Assembly: GCA_037444005.1 (NCBI GenBank)
Contig: JBBING010000006.1
Location: forward strand, 1-62,807
Reading direction: 5' to 3'
DNA length: 62,807 nt
Source of the DNA: Chloroflexota bacterium
GTDB lineage: Bacteria; Chloroflexota; Dehalococcoidia; DSTF01; JACRBR01
Shown here: one piece after another, positions 8,977 to 18,553 of the stretch
How positions within the stretch are numbered: position 1 is the stretch's first letter
How the letters are laid out: each line of letters begins with the position of its first letter
Translations under genes and position numbers: made by a program
The notes under the pieces: model-generated
The model's input: the letters and a program-made list of their open reading frames with translations, nothing else
Told to the model about the DNA's origin: nothing
The model's database searches: none

Positions 8977-9159
8977 CGCGCCGCCATGATATCGACGCAC
9001 ACGACGGTGATCGAGGTTCGGGCTTTCGGAGCGGGACGCTCGCCACACCCGAGACATGCCGTTGGTCATGTGATCGCGAGCCAGGGGTCTGGCTGCATAA
9101 GGAGACAGGAACGGCCGACAACTCTGCAGGAAGGGACGATCGGTCCCTGGCACGGCGGG

Positions 9160-10671
9160 ATGGCCTCCGCTAAGCTATTCGTGAGCGTTGGAACAAACGG
9201 AGGGAAGCGTCGGTTGACGACCATATCGACGAGCGCGAAGGCGCCACCTACCATCGACCGGAAGGCCCGGCTCAAGCTCCCCCCGCAGCCAATGCCCGCG
9301 CAGGACCCGAAGGAGCGGGTCCGTAATTTCGACGAAGTCTACCTCCCGCTCACCCTCGAGACCGCGAAAGCCGAGGCAATGCGCTGCATCCAGTGCCCGG
9401 CCGCGCCGTGCCAGAAGGCCTGCCCGGTGCACAACGACATCCCCGGCGCGCTCTTGCGCCTCGAGAACGGCGATGTCATCGGCGGAGCGGAGGTCTTTTT
9501 CCAGACGAGCAACCTGCCCGACATGTGCGGCAGACTCTGTCCTCAGGAGCGGCTGTGCGAAGGCCACTGCGTCGTGGGGAAGCATGCGCGTCCTGTGGCC
9601 ATCGGCCGACTCGAGGCGTTCCTCGCCGACCAGCTCGCGGAAACGGTCGGCTATCCTGCGCCCGACACCATCGAGCCGACCGGCTTCCGCGTCGCGGTGG
9701 TGGGCGCGGGCCCGGCGGGCCTCGCGGTGGCCGAGGAGCTGGCGAAGAAGGGCCACGCAGTGACGATCTTTGACGCCTGGCCCCAGCCCGGCGGCCTGCT
9801 CACGTACGGAATTCCCAGCTTCAAGCTCGACAAGCGCGTCGTAGACCGCAAGGTGAACTTTCTGCTCGAGCGGCTGGGCGTCCGCTTCGTGGGCGAGGTG
9901 TATATCGGGCGCGACAAGACGTTGGACGACCTCTTCGCCGAGGGGTATGACGCCGTCTTCCTCGCGCACGGCGCCAGCGTGAATAACCGGCTCGACGTGC
10001 CGGGAGCGGACCTGCCCGGCGTGATGCAGGCCACTGAGTTCCTGGTCCGCGGGAACCTTCCGCCTGAACGGCTACCCGAACGGCTCCGCGCGCCCCTTCC
10101 GAAACCGCGCCACGTCGTCGTTATCGGTGGCGGGGACACCTCCATGGACTGCGTGCGCACCGCCGTGCGGCTCGGCGCCGAGCGGGTCACCCTCGTCTAC
10201 CGGCGCACCGAAGCCGAGATGGTCGGCCGCGCCGAGGAGCGGAAGCACGCCCGGGAGGAAGGCGTCGTTTTCGAGTACCTCACGTCGCCCCTCCGCTTCG
10301 AGGCCGGCCCCGACGGGCGCGTCGCCGCCGTCGTCTGCCAACGCATGGAGCTGGGCGCGCCCGACGCCTCCGGACGGCGCCGCCCGGTGCCGATCGAAGG
10401 CTCGGAGTTCACGATTCCGGCCGACCTCGTTGTGATCGCCGTGGGCTACACGGCCGATCCGGATGTCGTTGAGTCGCAAGGCGTCGAGCACCGCCCCGAC
10501 GGCCTCGTGATCGCCGACGAGGAGACGGGCGAGACGACGCGCCCCGGAGTCTTCGCGGCGGGCGACTGCGTCCACGGCGCCGACCTCGTGGTGACGGCGC
10601 TGGCGGCGGCTCGCAAAGCCGCAGCCGCCATCGACGCGTACCTGGCCCGAAAGGCAGAGGCGGCCGCCTGA
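9160..10671 (+). CDS. NADPH-dependent glutamate synthase small-subunit-like Fe-S flavoprotein (GltD / homotetrameric GltA type)
   Basis: C-terminal ~500 codons of ORF 8095..10671. Fe-S motifs 'CIQCPAAPCQKACPV' and 'CGRLCPQERLCEGHC'. Dinucleotide folds 'VAVVGAGPAGLAVA' and 'VVVIGGGDTSMDC'. Start is ATG 9160, or GTG 9181, or TTG 9214 (GGAGGGA at 9199-9205). Confidence 0.8.
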   Translation: MASAKLFVSVGTNGGKRRLTTISTSAKAPPTIDRKARLKLPPQPMPAQDPKERVRNFDEVYLPLTLETAKAEAMRCIQCPAAPCQKACPVHNDIPGALLRLENGDVIGGAEVFFQTSNLPDMCGRLCPQERLCEGHCVVGKHARPVAIGRLEAFLADQLAETVGYPAPDTIEPTGFRVAVVGAGPAGLAVAEELAKKGHAVTIFDAWPQPGGLLTYGIPSFKLDKRVVDRKVNFLLERLGVRFVGEVYIGRDKTLDDLFAEGYDAVFLAHGASVNNRLDVPGADLPGVMQATEFLVRGNLPPERLPERLRAPLPKPRHVVVIGGGDTSMDCVRTAVRLGAERVTLVYRRTEAEMVGRAEERKHAREEGVVFEYLTSPLRFEAGPDGRVAAVVCQRMELGAPDASGRRRPVPIEGSEFTIPADLVVIAVGYTADPDVVESQGVEHRPDGLVIADEETGETTRPGVFAAGDCVHGADLVVTALAAARKAAAAIDAYLARKAEAAA

Positions 10672-10738
10672 CCCTTCGCCCCTGTTCACACGACCAAGCG
10701 CCCGTTACAGACCGCCGCCGCTGGGCTATCCTACGGCC

Positions 10739-11449
10739 GTGGAACCGGACTACGCGGCCGCCCGGCAGCGCATGGTCGACTTCCTGCGGCTCGAGATCCG
10801 CGACGAGCGGGTGCTCGCCGCCATGGCCAAGATTCCCCGCGAGCGATTCGTTCCGGAGCCTCTGCGGCCTTACGCCTACGAAGATCGCCCCCTGCCTATC
10901 GGCTTCGAACAGACCATCTCCCAGCCGCTCATTCAGGCGATGATGACCGAACTGCTGGAGCTCACGGGATCCGAGCGTGTGCTCGAGGTGGGCACAGGCT
11001 CGGGCTACCAGGCGGCGCTCCTGGCGGAGCTCGCGGCGCACGTGGTCACCGTCGAGCGGGTGCCCGAGCTCGCGAGGCGGGCCGAGGCCGTCCTGCGGGA
11101 GCTCGGGTACACGAACATCGAGGTCCACCTGGCGCTGGACACGCTGGGTTGGCCCGAGGGGGCGCCGTACGACGCCATTATCGTCACGGCCGCCGCTCCC
11201 CGCGTACCGCACGTGCTCGTCGACCAGCTCCGGTCGCCGGGCGGGCGTATGGTGATCCCTGTGGGCTCCCGCCGCATTCAGCAGCTCGTGCGCGTGACGC
11301 AGCTCCCCAAAGGCACGATGCTCCAGCGCTTCGGCGAATGCCGCTTCGTCCCCCTCATCGGCGTCGAGGCCTGGCGGGAGAACGAATGGGAGCCCCTCAC
11401 GCCCTCGTCTCCGTCCGGCGACGGCCTGACGAGCGCCCAGGGGGACTGA
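10739..11449 (+). CDS. pcm: protein-L-isoaspartate O-methyltransferase
   Basis: 236 aa. 'IPRERFVPE', 'QTISQPLIQAMMTELL' and the 'VLEVGTGSGYQAALLAEL' SAM motif. Confidence 0.9.
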   Translation: MEPDYAAARQRMVDFLRLEIRDERVLAAMAKIPRERFVPEPLRPYAYEDRPLPIGFEQTISQPLIQAMMTELLELTGSERVLEVGTGSGYQAALLAELAAHVVTVERVPELARRAEAVLRELGYTNIEVHLALDTLGWPEGAPYDAIIVTAAAPRVPHVLVDQLRSPGGRMVIPVGSRRIQQLVRVTQLPKGTMLQRFGECRFVPLIGVEAWRENEWEPLTPSSPSGDGLTSAQGD

Positions 11450-11526
11450 CCGCCCGCAACAGGTCTGCGCTCCTCCCGCCGACACTATTGGGGTCAGCAC
11501 TGTGCCTTCGAAGGGGGATACGCCTC

Positions 11527-12738
11527 ATGGAGGACCTGGCGCCTGCCCTGGCCGCAGCGTTGGGCCGCCTGGTCCGGTCGCCCGGGGCGAACCTGAACTG
11601 GGTCGGCCCCCTCTTCCGTCGATTCGAGCGCGACTTTCCTGACGCGTACGACCGCTTCCGGCGGCTGTACGGCCTGAGTCTCAAGATCGCTGCGCTGGCC
11701 TCGCTCTCGCCCCAGGACTCCGCGGCCGTCGGTCTCGCGGCCCTGTTTGCGGCGGTTCTCGATATTCCGTCTCGAAACGCCGCGTCAGCGGCCTGGCTGC
11801 GATATCTGCATGACCGCCCGTGGGCGCACCACGCGATGCAGGCTGCGCGGAGCGCTGGAGAGCTCTCGGGCGCGAGCGCGGAGTCCCGCGTCGCGGCGGC
11901 GGTGACGGCGGCCGCCATCATCGACCACGAGACGGTCATCCGCTCCGCCAACATGCTGCGGGCGCTCCGCGCTGTCCGGGCGCTGGCCGACACGCCGGAG
12001 ATGAGCCGCATCGCCGAGCTTCTCTGGACCGAGCGGGGGCAGTCCATCTGCGACCTGCATGCGCGCCATGGCGGCAGGACCTATGTCATCGACGCCGCCG
12101 AATTTCGGGAACGCCTGCGTCTGCTGGACGGTGAACGCGACGCGACCACGCGCTCCGAGCGAGCGGTCGGCGCCCGCGCTGCGCACCCGCCGATGCCATC
12201 CACTGCACGGGATGGGTCACACAAGCCGCCGTCATCGCCGCCGGCGACATCGGAGGCTTTCGAGCGCCGGAAGCGCGCCGTCGCCGGGGCCCACAGCCTG
12301 CGGGAGGCGTTCGGCGTCCCGGTCGCCGAGCGACCGGGCGAATCTGAACCACCCGTGACGGCCCGGACGCCAGCGCCAGAACCGCCTCCCGCGGCGCCAC
12401 CGTCCCGTCGTTCTCCCGCTGAGACGTCTCTGCCGGCCATCGACATCCGGCCGGCGCCATCGCCCGAGCGGCCGGCGCCGGAGATCGCGCCCGCACCAAC
12501 GCAGGAGGAGCGAGTTATGAACGACGCCACGACCACATCCTCTCCCGGGGAGCTCGACGCGCACCTCACCGCTTCGGTCGAGGAGCTGCGGCAGCGGCTC
12601 GCCGAGATCGAGCGGCTCGCGGCCGAATGTCAGCAGACGCTGGCCAGACTCGGACCGACCATTGCCGGATTCGCCGCCATGGTGGCCGAGTTCGAGTCGG
12701 TCCTCAGCCGCTGGCGCGGGCGCTCAGAGGCCGCGTGA
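11527..12738 (+). CDS. hypothetical protein (helical N-domain, Pro-rich disordered linker, C-terminal coiled coil)
   Basis: ATG 11527 within ORF 11149..12738. N-terminal ~200 aa of ordinary composition, then 'PPMPSTARDGSHKPPSSPPATS...PAPEPPPAAPPSRRSPAE...PAPSPERPAPEIAPAP', then 'VEELRQRLAEIERLAAECQQTLARL'. I recognise no family. Confidence 0.55.
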   Translation: MEDLAPALAAALGRLVRSPGANLNWVGPLFRRFERDFPDAYDRFRRLYGLSLKIAALASLSPQDSAAVGLAALFAAVLDIPSRNAASAAWLRYLHDRPWAHHAMQAARSAGELSGASAESRVAAAVTAAAIIDHETVIRSANMLRALRAVRALADTPEMSRIAELLWTERGQSICDLHARHGGRTYVIDAAEFRERLRLLDGERDATTRSERAVGARAAHPPMPSTARDGSHKPPSSPPATSEAFERRKRAVAGAHSLREAFGVPVAERPGESEPPVTARTPAPEPPPAAPPSRRSPAETSLPAIDIRPAPSPERPAPEIAPAPTQEERVMNDATTTSSPGELDAHLTASVEELRQRLAEIERLAAECQQTLARLGPTIAGFAAMVAEFESVLSRWRGRSEAA

Positions 12739-15429
12739 CGCGCTCGGCCCCGTATCGGCTGCTCGTAGCCCCGCAAGCCACGACGCGACTGGCGTGAGCT
12801 TGACCAGCTCCGTCGCCACCAACGGCGCCAGCGAGAGGCCGGCCACCCCGAGCCACTGGTCCCACCCGAGCGCCCGCGTCTCGAACGCGGGCTGCAGCGG
12901 AGGCGCGTAGAACACCAGCAAGAGCAGCGACGCCGAGCTCGCGACGGCCGTCCACAGCCAGACGTTCGCGCCCAACCGGAACAGCGGTTGCACCGGGCTG
13001 CGGAACTCGAAGGCGGCGGCGAGCTGCGAGCCCACCAGCGTCGCGAACGCGAGGTCGCGCGCCAGGTCATCGCCTTCGGCCATGCGGCCCCACTCGTACG
13101 CCAGGACCGTCGGCGCCGAGATGAAGAGCCCGATGCCCAGCATCGGCGCCAGCGAACGCACGGAAAGGATGCCCGCCTTGGGCGGCCGCGGTGGACGGCG
13201 CATCACGTCCGGACTCGCCGGCTCGACGCCCAGCGCCAGCGCAGGCAGTCCATCCGTGAGCAGGTTGACGAACAGGATCTGCAGCGGCAGGAGGGGGGTA
13301 TCGCCCCTCACGGCCAGGACCAGGAACACAACCACCACTTCGGACAGGTTGCACGTCAGCAGGAAGTGCACGAAATTCCGGATGTTGTCGTAGATCCGCC
13401 GTCCCTCCTCGATGGCGGCCACGATGGAGCGAATGTTGTTGTCCACGAGGACGATGTCGGACGCTTCGCGCGCGACGTCGGTCCCGCCCTGGCCCATGGC
13501 CACGCCGATGTCCGCCGCGCGCAGGGCCGGCGCATCGTTCACGCCGTCGCCGGTCATTGCGATGATGGCGCCCGAGCGGCGGAGCGCCTCGACGATGCGA
13601 AGCTTGTGCTCGCTCGACACGCGGGCGAACACGGCGGCGCCCTCGATGGCGCGTTGGAGCTCGTCGTCCGGCAGCTCCTCGATCTCGCGCCCCAGGACGA
13701 CCCGCTCCACGGGCAGGCCGACTTCCTTCGCGATGGCGCGCGCGGTCACCGGGTGATCGCCGGTGAGCATGAGGACCCGCACCCCGGCCTCCATCGCCTC
13801 CTCGATGGAGGGAGCGGCCTCCGGACGGAGCACGTCAGCCATTCCCACCAGCGCCACGAAGGTGAAGGCGCGTTCTAGCGTGTCGGGCGGCTCCAGCGCG
13901 GTGAGTTCGCGTCGCGCCAGCGCCAGTACCCGCATCCCGCGCGCGGCCATGTCCGACGCGACCGCCAGCGCGCGCTCGCGCTCTTCATCGTCCAACGGCC
14001 GCACGCCGTCGCGCCCCCGCACGAACGTACAGAGTGGCAGCGTCACTTCGGGGGCGCCTTTCATATACGCGACCAGCGACCCGCCTTCGCGGCAGACGAC
14101 CGTCATGCGCGCACGGCGCGCCTCGAACGGGATCTCGAGCTCCCGCGACGCGGCGCGACGCTCCGCCGCGACGTCGAGCCCGTACCGCGCCGCGAGATCC
14201 AGCAGCGCCACCTCCGTGGGATCGCCCACGGCGTCGCGCCCATCTGCCGCCGGCGTCGCGTCGTTGCACAGGATCGCGGTGCGCAGGGCCTCCCTGAGAA
14301 GGCGGCCGTCCGACGGCCGTTCGCCTGACCGCACGGCGTAGGAGCGGCCGTCCATCCATAGCTCGAGCGCCTCCATGCGGTTCTGCGTGAGTGTCCCGGT
14401 CTTGTCGGCGCAGATCGTGGTCACCGAGCCCAGCGTCTCCACGGCGGCGAGTCGCCGCACGATGGCGTTGCACCGCGCCATGCGCTGGACGCCCAGCGCC
14501 AGCACGATGGTCGTGGCCGCGGGCAGGCCCTCGGGAATCGCCGCGACGGCGAGGCTCGTGGCGGTGAGAAACATGTCGCCCGGCGGCAACCCGCGGATCA
14601 CCCCGATGACGAACACGAGCGCGCACAGCGAGCCCGCGCCCCAGACCAGCCATCGCCCCATGTCGGCGAGCCGCCGCTGCAAGGGCGTCCCCCGCTCGGG
14701 TTGGCGTCGCATCGACGCCGCGACGCGCCCCATCTCGGTCTCCAGCCCCGTGGCCACCACGACCGCGACACCCCGCCCGCGCACCACGAGCCCGCCCTGG
14801 TAGACCATGCAGCTCCGTTCGGCGAGATCGGTGTCTTCCGGGAGCGGGTCCGCGACCTTATCCACCGGCGCCGACTCCCCGGTGAGCACGGCCTCATTGA
14901 GGCGCAGCCCCCGGGCTTCGATGAGCCGGCCGTCGGCGGCGACGACATCGCCGTCGGCGAGATACAGGATGTCCCCGGGCACGACGCGCACGGCCGGAAT
15001 CCGCGCGAGACTGCCATCCCGGAGGACGGTGGCGACCGGCGCCGCCATCGACCGCAGCGCTTCCAGCGCCCGTTCGGCGCGGAACTCCTGCACGAATCCG
15101 AACGCGCCGTTGAGCGCGACGATGGCCAGAATCGCGATGGCGTCGAGCCGCTCTCCCAGCGCGAGCGAGACCCCTGCAGCGATGAGGAGAACGATCACGA
15201 GGAATTGCGTGAACTGCTCGAGGAGGTGGCGGTACCAGGGCGCGGGCTGCGCCTCGGGCAGAACGTTCGGGCCCCAGCGTTCGAACCGGCGCTCAGCCTC
15301 CTCGGACGTCAGGCCGCGCTCGGGATCGACGCCGAGCCGCTGGACGACGTCGCTCGCAGGCAACGCGTGCCAGGCCGGCCGGGTCGCTTCCGGGGCGTCC
15401 GCGGGCCGTCTCGAGGCCATCGCGGACAC
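12724..15429 (-). CDS. cation-transporting P-type ATPase (type IIA, Ca2+/cation pump-like)
   Basis: 901 aa. Motifs 'LTGESAPV', 'IPEGLPA', 'ICADKTGTLTQNRM', 'MLTGDHPVTA' and 'MTGDGVNDAPALRAADIGVAMG'. Start is GTG 15429 or ATG 15420. Confidence 0.9.
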   Translation of the reverse strand: MSAMASRRPADAPEATRPAWHALPASDVVQRLGVDPERGLTSEEAERRFERWGPNVLPEAQPAPWYRHLLEQFTQFLVIVLLIAAGVSLALGERLDAIAILAIVALNGAFGFVQEFRAERALEALRSMAAPVATVLRDGSLARIPAVRVVPGDILYLADGDVVAADGRLIEARGLRLNEAVLTGESAPVDKVADPLPEDTDLAERSCMVYQGGLVVRGRGVAVVVATGLETEMGRVAASMRRQPERGTPLQRRLADMGRWLVWGAGSLCALVFVIGVIRGLPPGDMFLTATSLAVAAIPEGLPAATTIVLALGVQRMARCNAIVRRLAAVETLGSVTTICADKTGTLTQNRMEALELWMDGRSYAVRSGERPSDGRLLREALRTAILCNDATPAADGRDAVGDPTEVALLDLAARYGLDVAAERRAASRELEIPFEARRARMTVVCREGGSLVAYMKGAPEVTLPLCTFVRGRDGVRPLDDEERERALAVASDMAARGMRVLALARRELTALEPPDTLERAFTFVALVGMADVLRPEAAPSIEEAMEAGVRVLMLTGDHPVTARAIAKEVGLPVERVVLGREIEELPDDELQRAIEGAAVFARVSSEHKLRIVEALRRSGAIIAMTGDGVNDAPALRAADIGVAMGQGGTDVAREASDIVLVDNNIRSIVAAIEEGRRIYDNIRNFVHFLLTCNLSEVVVVFLVLAVRGDTPLLPLQILFVNLLTDGLPALALGVEPASPDVMRRPPRPPKAGILSVRSLAPMLGIGLFISAPTVLAYEWGRMAEGDDLARDLAFATLVGSQLAAAFEFRSPVQPLFRLGANVWLWTAVASSASLLLLVFYAPPLQPAFETRALGWDQWLGVAGLSLAPLVATELVKLTPVASWLAGLRAADTGPSASRGL

Positions 15430-15557
15430 GATAACAGAGGCCGGTGAGTCCGAACGGACCGTTTCGCCAGGAGCGGTGTCCGCCTACACTCGAAACGCCT
15501 GGAGCCGAACGTGAACCTTCGTCGCGCCTTCGAAGACCGAACGGACGGCGAACCGCT

Positions 15558-16298
15558 GTGAACGCGACGCTCGCAGTGGTGATCGCGGTCGCCGCCCTCG
15601 CCAGCTTCGCGCAGGGAATCACCGGTTTCGGCTTCGCGCTCATCGCCGTGCCCTTCCTCGTGCTGGTGGTCGACGTGCGCGAGGCGGTCGTCATGTCCAC
15701 GCTGCTCGGCCTCGTGAACGTGGCGCTGCTGGCCATGCGCCTCTGGCGGGCCACACCCTGGAAGACGGTCGCCTGGCTGCTCCTCGGGAGCTTCGCCGGG
15801 ATGCCCCTGGGACTGGCGGTGCTCATCTTCACCCCGGAAGACGGCCTCCGCCTGACCGTGGGCGTGGTCACGGTCGTTTTCGCGGCGGCGCTGGCCAGCG
15901 GCAAGCGGGTGCCCTTCACGGGCGCGATATCCGAGCTCGTCGTGGGAGTCGTCTCGGGCGTCCTGCGCACCAGCACCAGCATGTCCGGCCCGCCCGTGGT
16001 CATCTATCTCCAGGGGCGCGGCCAGTCGCCAGACGCCTTCCGGGCGGCGATGACGACCTTTTTCCTAGTAGGCGGCCTTCTTTCGGTGGGAGCGTTCGCT
16101 GGCGCTCACGTCGTCACCCGACGCGCCATCGCGCTCTCGGCGGCGGCGCTGCCCTGCGTGTATCTGGCGAACCTGGCCGGAGACCGGCTGGCCCGGCGAT
16201 TCGACCCCGTCGCGTTCCGTCGTCTGGTGCTGGCCCTGCTCGTGGCGACGGCGCTCTCGGGCGCCGGCTCGTCGCTCCAGCGTCTTCTCGCGGGGTGA
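15558..16298 (+). CDS. sulfite exporter TauE/SafE family membrane protein
   Basis: GTG 15558 within ORF 15444..16298. 'AALASFAQGITGFGFALIAVPFL', a second half-repeat 'GVVSGVLRTSTSMSGPPVVIYL', and about 7-8 TM segments. Confidence 0.75.
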   Translation: MNATLAVVIAVAALASFAQGITGFGFALIAVPFLVLVVDVREAVVMSTLLGLVNVALLAMRLWRATPWKTVAWLLLGSFAGMPLGLAVLIFTPEDGLRLTVGVVTVVFAAALASGKRVPFTGAISELVVGVVSGVLRTSTSMSGPPVVIYLQGRGQSPDAFRAAMTTFFLVGGLLSVGAFAGAHVVTRRAIALSAAALPCVYLANLAGDRLARRFDPVAFRRLVLALLVATALSGAGSSLQRLLAG

Positions 16299-16370
16299 GC
16301 TTTCGGCGATACGCCGTTTTCGCTATCGTAAGGGCCGCCGGTCGAGGTCGGACGTCAACGCTCGAAGGAG

Positions 16371-17486
16371 ATGAGAACGATGGCTTCGCTCCCGATTCCT
16401 GCTGGCCCCGGTGACGTCACCGCGTCGTGGCTCACCTCAGCGTTGCGCGAGACTGGCGTCTTGCGGGACGCGACGGTCGCCGGATTCGACACCGAGATCA
16501 TCGGAGAGGGAGCGGGGCTCATCGGGCAGCTCGCGCGGCTGCGCTTGCGGTACGACCGGCCCGAGGCGGGAGCCCCCGCATCGCTCATCGCGAAGTTCCC
16601 CGCGGCCACTCCCGAAAACCGCGAAATCGGCAACATTTTCCGGTTCTACGAGCGGGAAATCCGGTTCTACGAAGAGCTCGCGCATCGTGTGCCGGTTCGG
16701 GTCCCCCGGCGCTACTACAGCGCCATGGACCTCGAGCGGGGTGATTTCGTACTGCTGCTCGAGGACCTGGGCGGTCTTCGGCTCGGCGACCAGCTTGCGT
16801 CGTGCACCGTCGAAGAAGCGGCCACAGCGGTACGTGCGCTCGGGAAGCTCCACGCCGCGTTCTGGCAGAACGCCGAGCTCGAGCGCCTCGACTGGATGCC
16901 CTACACCAACGACCCCGTGCAGAAGTCGGCGCAGGATTCGTACGCGAAGGCATGGCAGCCGTTCGTCGACACGTTCGGGCCGCAGGTGCCCCCCGAGGTG
17001 TTGCGGACGGCCGAGCGGCTCGGCAGCCGCATCTGCGACATCCTGGACCGCTTCGTCGACCCGCCGCGGACCATCATCCACGGCGACTTCCGGCTCGACA
17101 ACCTCTTCTTCGGGCACGGAGGCGACGGAGAGCCACTGGCCATCATCGACTGGCAGATCGCGTCGCGGGGCCGGGGCGCATTCGACGTCGCGTACTTCCT
17201 CAGCGGGAGCCTGTCGACCGAGGCGCGGCGCGCCTGCGAGCAGACGGTCCTGCGTGAGTACCACGAGATTCTCCAGCGGGACGGCGGCGCCACGGACTAC
17301 GGCTGGGACGAATTCTTCCGCGACTACCGAATGGGCGCGCTGTTCTGCATGGTGTACTCGGTCATCACGTGCGGCTCGCTCGACCTCGCGAACGAGCGCG
17401 GGATGGCCCTCGGGTCGACCATCCTGAAGCGGAACGTCGACGCCATTGTCGACCTGAGCTGCGACGAGCTGCTGTCGCAAGTCTGA
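16371..17486 (+). CDS. phosphotransferase (APH/choline-kinase/EcKinase-like, DUF1679-type)
   Basis: 371 aa. 'GEGAGLIGQLARL' Gly-rich loop, 'LIAKFP' Lys, 'FVLLLEDLGG' and the 'IIHGDFRLDNLFF...IDWQ' catalytic loop. GAAGGAG abuts ATG 16371, so ATG 16380 may be the true start. Confidence 0.7.
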   Translation: MRTMASLPIPAGPGDVTASWLTSALRETGVLRDATVAGFDTEIIGEGAGLIGQLARLRLRYDRPEAGAPASLIAKFPAATPENREIGNIFRFYEREIRFYEELAHRVPVRVPRRYYSAMDLERGDFVLLLEDLGGLRLGDQLASCTVEEAATAVRALGKLHAAFWQNAELERLDWMPYTNDPVQKSAQDSYAKAWQPFVDTFGPQVPPEVLRTAERLGSRICDILDRFVDPPRTIIHGDFRLDNLFFGHGGDGEPLAIIDWQIASRGRGAFDVAYFLSGSLSTEARRACEQTVLREYHEILQRDGGATDYGWDEFFRDYRMGALFCMVYSVITCGSLDLANERGMALGSTILKRNVDAIVDLSCDELLSQV

Positions 17487-17520
17487 TCGCCCGAGCGTCA
17501 CCCCGTGCCGAAGACGACCC

Positions 17521-18474
17521 TCAGCGCGTGCCGTCGCGCCGGGTGATGGCGTCGACTTCGGCGAGCTCCTGCGGTGAGAGCTTCCACGCCGCCGCTGCGA
17601 CGTTCTGGTCGACCTGCTCCGGTTTCGTCGCCCCCGCGATCACGCTGCCGACGTGACGCTGCGACGCCAGCCAGCCGATGGCCAGCTCGACCATCGTGTG
17701 GCCGCGCTCCGTGGCGAAGGCCTCGAGGCGCTCGAGCGTGTCGAAATTGCTGTCGGTCAGCACGCGCTCCGCCATGGGCCCGCCGCCGGCCAGGCGCGCG
17801 CCTTCAGGCGGCGGCTCGCCGCGGCGATACTTGCCGGTCAAGAACCCGCTCGCGAGAGGGAAGTAAGGCAGGATGCTGAGCCCGTAGGCGTCGCACGCAG
17901 GAACCAGTTCGCGCTCGATACGCCGATCGAGCAGGTTGTACTGGTTCTGCGCAGTAATGAACGGCGTCAAGCGCTGCGAGCGCGCAATCCACTGGGCCTC
18001 CACGACCTGCCACGCCGCAAAGTTCGAGCACCCGATGTAGCGCACCTTCCCCGCCCGGACGAGGTCGTCGAGCGCCCGCATCGTCTCCTCGATGGGCGTC
18101 CGCATGTCCGGGAAGTGCAACTGATACAGGTCGATGTAGTCGGTGCCCAGCCGGCGGAAGCTCGCCTCTACGGCCTCGAAGATGTACCGCCGGGACGCTC
18201 CGCTCCAGAGTGGCCCCTCGCCCATCGGCCCGCCGAACTTCGTCGCGATGACCACGTTTCTCCGATGGCCCTTGAGTGCCTCGCCGAGGTACTCCTCCGA
18301 GAGCCCCGCCGGGCCGTAGATGTCCGCGGTGTCGAAAAACGTGACGCCCAGCTCCAGCGCGCGGCTCACCACCGCTTTCGTTTGCTCACGATCGCATCGC
18401 CTCCCGAAGTTGTTGCATCCGAGCCCCACCACCGACACCTGAAGCCCGGACCGTCCCAGCGTTCGATATTCCAC
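17521..18474 (-). CDS. aldo/keto reductase
   Basis: 'YRTLGRSGLQVSVVGLGCNNFG', 'FFDTADIYG', 'VVIATKFGG' and 'YIDLYQLH'. GTG 18474 is preceded by GGAGG with an 8-nt spacer (the ORF track starts at 18504). Confidence 0.9.
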   Translation of the reverse strand: MEYRTLGRSGLQVSVVGLGCNNFGRRCDREQTKAVVSRALELGVTFFDTADIYGPAGLSEEYLGEALKGHRRNVVIATKFGGPMGEGPLWSGASRRYIFEAVEASFRRLGTDYIDLYQLHFPDMRTPIEETMRALDDLVRAGKVRYIGCSNFAAWQVVEAQWIARSQRLTPFITAQNQYNLLDRRIERELVPACDAYGLSILPYFPLASGFLTGKYRRGEPPPEGARLAGGGPMAERVLTDSNFDTLERLEAFATERGHTMVELAIGWLASQRHVGSVIAGATKPEQVDQNVAAAAWKLSPQELAEVDAITRRDGTR

Positions 18475-18553
18475 AGTGACGACCTCCTGTGAGTGGTCCC
18501 TCAACGCTACGGGACGGCGTCCCTACCGTCAACGTAAAGGTCAATGTCCCCCG

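Noticed and set aside
8977-9159. A possible lysine (L-box) riboswitch upstream of dapF.
   Set aside because: The minus-strand leader lacks recognisable L-box conserved segments. A -10-like hexamer sits 9 nt from the ATG, which leaves no room for an aptamer. An Rfam scan would be the decisive check.
8095-10671. ORFs whose 5' parts run far upstream of the recognisable domain. Examples are the 858-aa ORF 8095..10671, the 854-aa ORF 23941..26505, the 707-aa ORF 42957..45080 and the 569-aa ORF 30559..32268.
   Set aside because: The N-terminal extensions overlap neighbouring real genes (dapF, tetR, rpiB, E1 alpha) and have junk composition. Internal starts with SD sites or start/stop overlaps give proteins of normal family length.
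15422-15483. An 8-bp inverted repeat GCGGACAC ... GTGTCCGC with an inner GTCCG-AA-CGGAC hairpin, between the P-type ATPase and TauE genes.
   Set aside because: The arms are short and the left arm lies inside the ATPase start region. Such matches are expected by chance in GC-rich DNA. There is no supporting regulator gene nearby.
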